A DNA stretch of 27,876 bases, from NCBI GenBank assembly GCA_040289575.1, contig PSLL01000001.1, positions 1,173 through 29,048 of the forward strand. The letters run 5' to 3'. This document shows positions 26,067-27,876 of the stretch, in pieces. The notes beneath the pieces were generated by a model. It had not been told where the DNA came from, made no database searches, and worked only from the letters and a program-made list of their open reading frames with translations. Source of the DNA: Candidatus Dadabacteria bacterium. GTDB taxonomy: Bacteria; Desulfobacterota_D; UBA1144; Nemesobacterales; CSP1-2. A program made the translations under genes and the position numbers. How positions within the stretch are numbered: the stretch's first letter is position 1; every line of letters begins with the position of its first letter.

Positions 26067-27155
26067 TTAAGTTTTAAACCTGAAGTATACCATATCTCCA
26101 TCCTGAATTTCATAGTCCTTACCCTCTATTCTTAAAACTCCCGATTCCCTTGCTGCCGCATCCGAGCCAGACCTTACATAATCCTCATAAGACACCACCT
26201 CAGCCTTAATAAATCCCCTCTCGAAATCGGTGTGGATTCTCCCCGCCGCTTTTGGAGCCTTGGTTCCCCGCTTTATAGTCCATGCACGAACCTCAACGCC
26301 GTTTGTCGTGTAAAAGGTTATGAGATCAAGCAAATCATACGCCGCTTTCACAAGCCTTCTGAGACCCGACTCGCTTAGGTTCATATCATTTAAAAGGGTC
26401 TTGCTTTCTTCTTCTGAAAATTCTGATAGCTCAGATTCGAGCTTGCCAAAGATTGTGACGAATTGTGCCTTTTCCTCTTCTGCTATCCTCTTTAGGGTTT
26501 CAATGTGTTTTTCTTTTCCGTCTTTCTCTTCGAGATTCGCCACATAAAGAACGGGTTTAGCCGTAAGCAGGTTTAACCCGCCGAGGATATTCTCCTCAGC
26601 CACTCCTTTGAGTGAAAAGAGCCTCGCTGCTCTCTCACTAGAGATGTGGCTTTTTAATCTCTCTAAAAGGTTGAGTTCTGCTTGCACTTTCTTGCTCCCC
26701 GATTTAGCCACTTTTTCTATCTTTCCTATCCTTTTTTCTACCGTCTCGAGGTCTGCAAGGAGGAGTTCGAGGTTTATTATCTCTACATCCCGTTTGGGGT
26801 CAATACACTCAGAGACATTCGATGAGTACAGATCAAAGAGTCTCACAACGTGGATCAGGGCATCAGTCTCTCGAATATGCGCAAGGAACCTGTTTCCAAG
26901 TCCCTCGCCCTGACTTGCCCCTTTTACGAGTCCGGCAATATCAATGAATTTGAGTGTGGCCGGAACAATCTTTTCGGGCTTTATAATCTCCGCAAGCCTT
27001 TGCAATCTCTCATCAGGGACATTGACGATTCCGACATTCGGATCAATTGTGGTAAACGGATAATCCGCCACAACTGCCTTGGCGGATGTTAAAGCATTAA
27101 ATATAGTTGATTTCCCGGCGTTTGGAAGTCCTACAATTCCACAGCTAAGACCCAT
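26067..27155 (-). CDS. ychF: Redox-regulated ATPase YchF
   Basis: GIVGLPNAGKST, YPFTTIDPN, DIAGLVKGASQGEGLGNRFL, AAGRIHTDFERGFIKAE; true start ATG 27155. Confidence 0.97.
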   Translation of the reverse strand: MGLSCGIVGLPNAGKSTIFNALTSAKAVVADYPFTTIDPNVGIVNVPDERLQRLAEIIKPEKIVPATLKFIDIAGLVKGASQGEGLGNRFLAHIRETDALIHVVRLFDLYSSNVSECIDPKRDVEIINLELLLADLETVEKRIGKIEKVAKSGSKKVQAELNLLERLKSHISSERAARLFSLKGVAEENILGGLNLLTAKPVLYVANLEEKDGKEKHIETLKRIAEEEKAQFVTIFGKLESELSEFSEEESKTLLNDMNLSESGLRRLVKAAYDLLDLITFYTTNGVEVRAWTIKRGTKAPKAAGRIHTDFERGFIKAEVVSYEDYVRSGSDAAARESGVLRIEGKDYEIQDGDMVYFRFKT

Positions 27156-27173
27156 GATTTTTAGAGATAAAAA

Positions 27174-27244
27174 ATATAGGATACAAGATGCATGATACAG
27201 GATAAAGTACATCATACATCTTGTGTCGTGCATCCCGTATCTTT
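27174..27244. repeat. Inverted pair of degenerate heptamer tandem arrays
   Basis: ATATAGG ATACAAG ATGCATG ATACAGG, then CATCATA CATCTTG TGTCGTG CATCCCG TATCTTT. Confidence 0.7.
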
Positions 27245-27802
27245 TCTATTGAATTTATTCATCGCGCTCTCTAATCCCCGGAGTATGATTTCCGAAACCG
27301 CATCCGCGGCTCTATCTACCATATCTTCCATTATTTTTTTCTCCCCTCCTTCAAATCCTGAGAGCACATGACCAATGACTCCTGACTTTTGTATGGGTTT
27401 TCCTATTCCTACCCTTACCCTCACAAAACCGCTGTCCCCGAGGCAACTTATTATAGATTGAATTCCTTTGTGTCCTGCGCTTCCGCCTCCGGTTTTTATT
27501 TTCATACTTCCGAGGGGCAGGTCAATTTCATCGTGCACTACAATTACATCTTTCAGGGGAATTTTAAAAAATTCTACAACGTCCGAGATGGCTTCACCAC
27601 TTAGATTCATATATGTCTGGGGTTTGAGGAGTAAGAGTTTTTTTTCTTCTAAGGGTGCTTTGGCAAAGAGGCTTCTAAAACCCCTTTTCTTAAGACTGAT
27701 CCCCAGTCTCCTTGCAATCTCATCTACTACCATAAACCCGATGTTATGCCTTGATGAGGAGTATTCTTTTCCTGGATTTCCCAATCCGGCAACTAGAATC
27801 AT
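27212..27802 (-). CDS. pth: Peptidyl-tRNA hydrolase
   Basis: GLGNPG, RHNIGF, KPQTYMNLSG, HDEIDLP, GGSAGHKG, RVRVGIG. Confidence 0.98.
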   Translation of the reverse strand: MILVAGLGNPGKEYSSSRHNIGFMVVDEIARRLGISLKKRGFRSLFAKAPLEEKKLLLLKPQTYMNLSGEAISDVVEFFKIPLKDVIVVHDEIDLPLGSMKIKTGGGSAGHKGIQSIISCLGDSGFVRVRVGIGKPIQKSGVIGHVLSGFEGGEKKIMEDMVDRAADAVSEIILRGLESAMNKFNRKDTGCTTQDV

Positions 27803-27810
27803 TATTCAGA

Positions 27811-27876
27811 CTATTTCTCACCGCCCTCCTCCTCGGCTTCAGGCTTAGCCTCTGCCACCGCACCCTCAGTCGGAGC
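27811..27876 (-). CDS. rplY: 3' end of probable 50S ribosomal protein L25/CTC (acidic tail)
   Basis: APTEGAVAEAKPEAEEEGGEK* directly upstream of pth, matching the conserved rplY-pth order. Confidence 0.65.
   Translation of the reverse strand, partial: APTEGAVAEAKPEAEEEGGEK

Noticed and set aside
27156..27233. N-terminal extensions in the ORF track (ychF; also ctaA, thiolase-like, degP, ridA, rplI, lsrF, trpA)
   Set aside because: Downstream ATGs match family N-termini and usually an SD; the extensions derive from intergenic or repeat DNA.
286..27848. Numerous 60-160 aa ORFs antisense or out of frame to recognised genes (e.g. 661-1038, 4374-4730, 10210-10650, 19113-19604, 27468-27848)
   Set aside because: They shadow well-supported genes and show no recognisable motifs.
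1..27876. CRISPR array, tRNA/rRNA, IS element or prophage
   Set aside because: No regularly spaced direct repeats, RNA gene signatures, transposase, integrase or phage genes were recognised.

Overview
Mostly housekeeping DNA from an aerobic, moderately AT-rich bacterium. Gene style and order suggest a Deltaproteobacteria-related lineage such as Ca. Dadabacteria; this is inference only. Order: 3' part of acs; a complete A2-type caa3 cytochrome c oxidase operon (sco-coxB-coxA-coxC-coxD-ctaA-ctaB, minus strand); divergent lsrF plus a Zn-dehydrogenase; isochorismatase-family hydrolase; DHH phosphoesterase; trpF-trpB-trpA; an AT-rich patch (about 14.4-16.75 kb) with a VapC/PIN toxin, a non-canonical antitoxin and a decayed NDH-2/cNMP/CBS fusion; a thiolase-fold/OB-fold fusion lacking its catalytic Cys; degP, ridA; an archaemetzincin-like protein; a frameshifted GAF-GGDEF gene; Cys-type thi4; a DUF4412-like secreted protein; and the rplY-pth-ychF-rpsF-rpsR-rplI cluster with an S6:S18 leader. 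The best novelty candidates are the Cys-less thiolase-OB fusion, the toxin-antitoxin pair with an unusual DNA-binding domain and visible operator, the NDH-2-cNMP-CBS architecture, an unannotated 31-aa CxxxC peptide heading the oxidase operon, and a (CA)n frameshift in the diguanylate cyclase. Several degenerate intergenic repeat families occur. I saw no rRNA, tRNA, CRISPR array, transposase or integrase. All family assignments come from motif recognition, not database searches.
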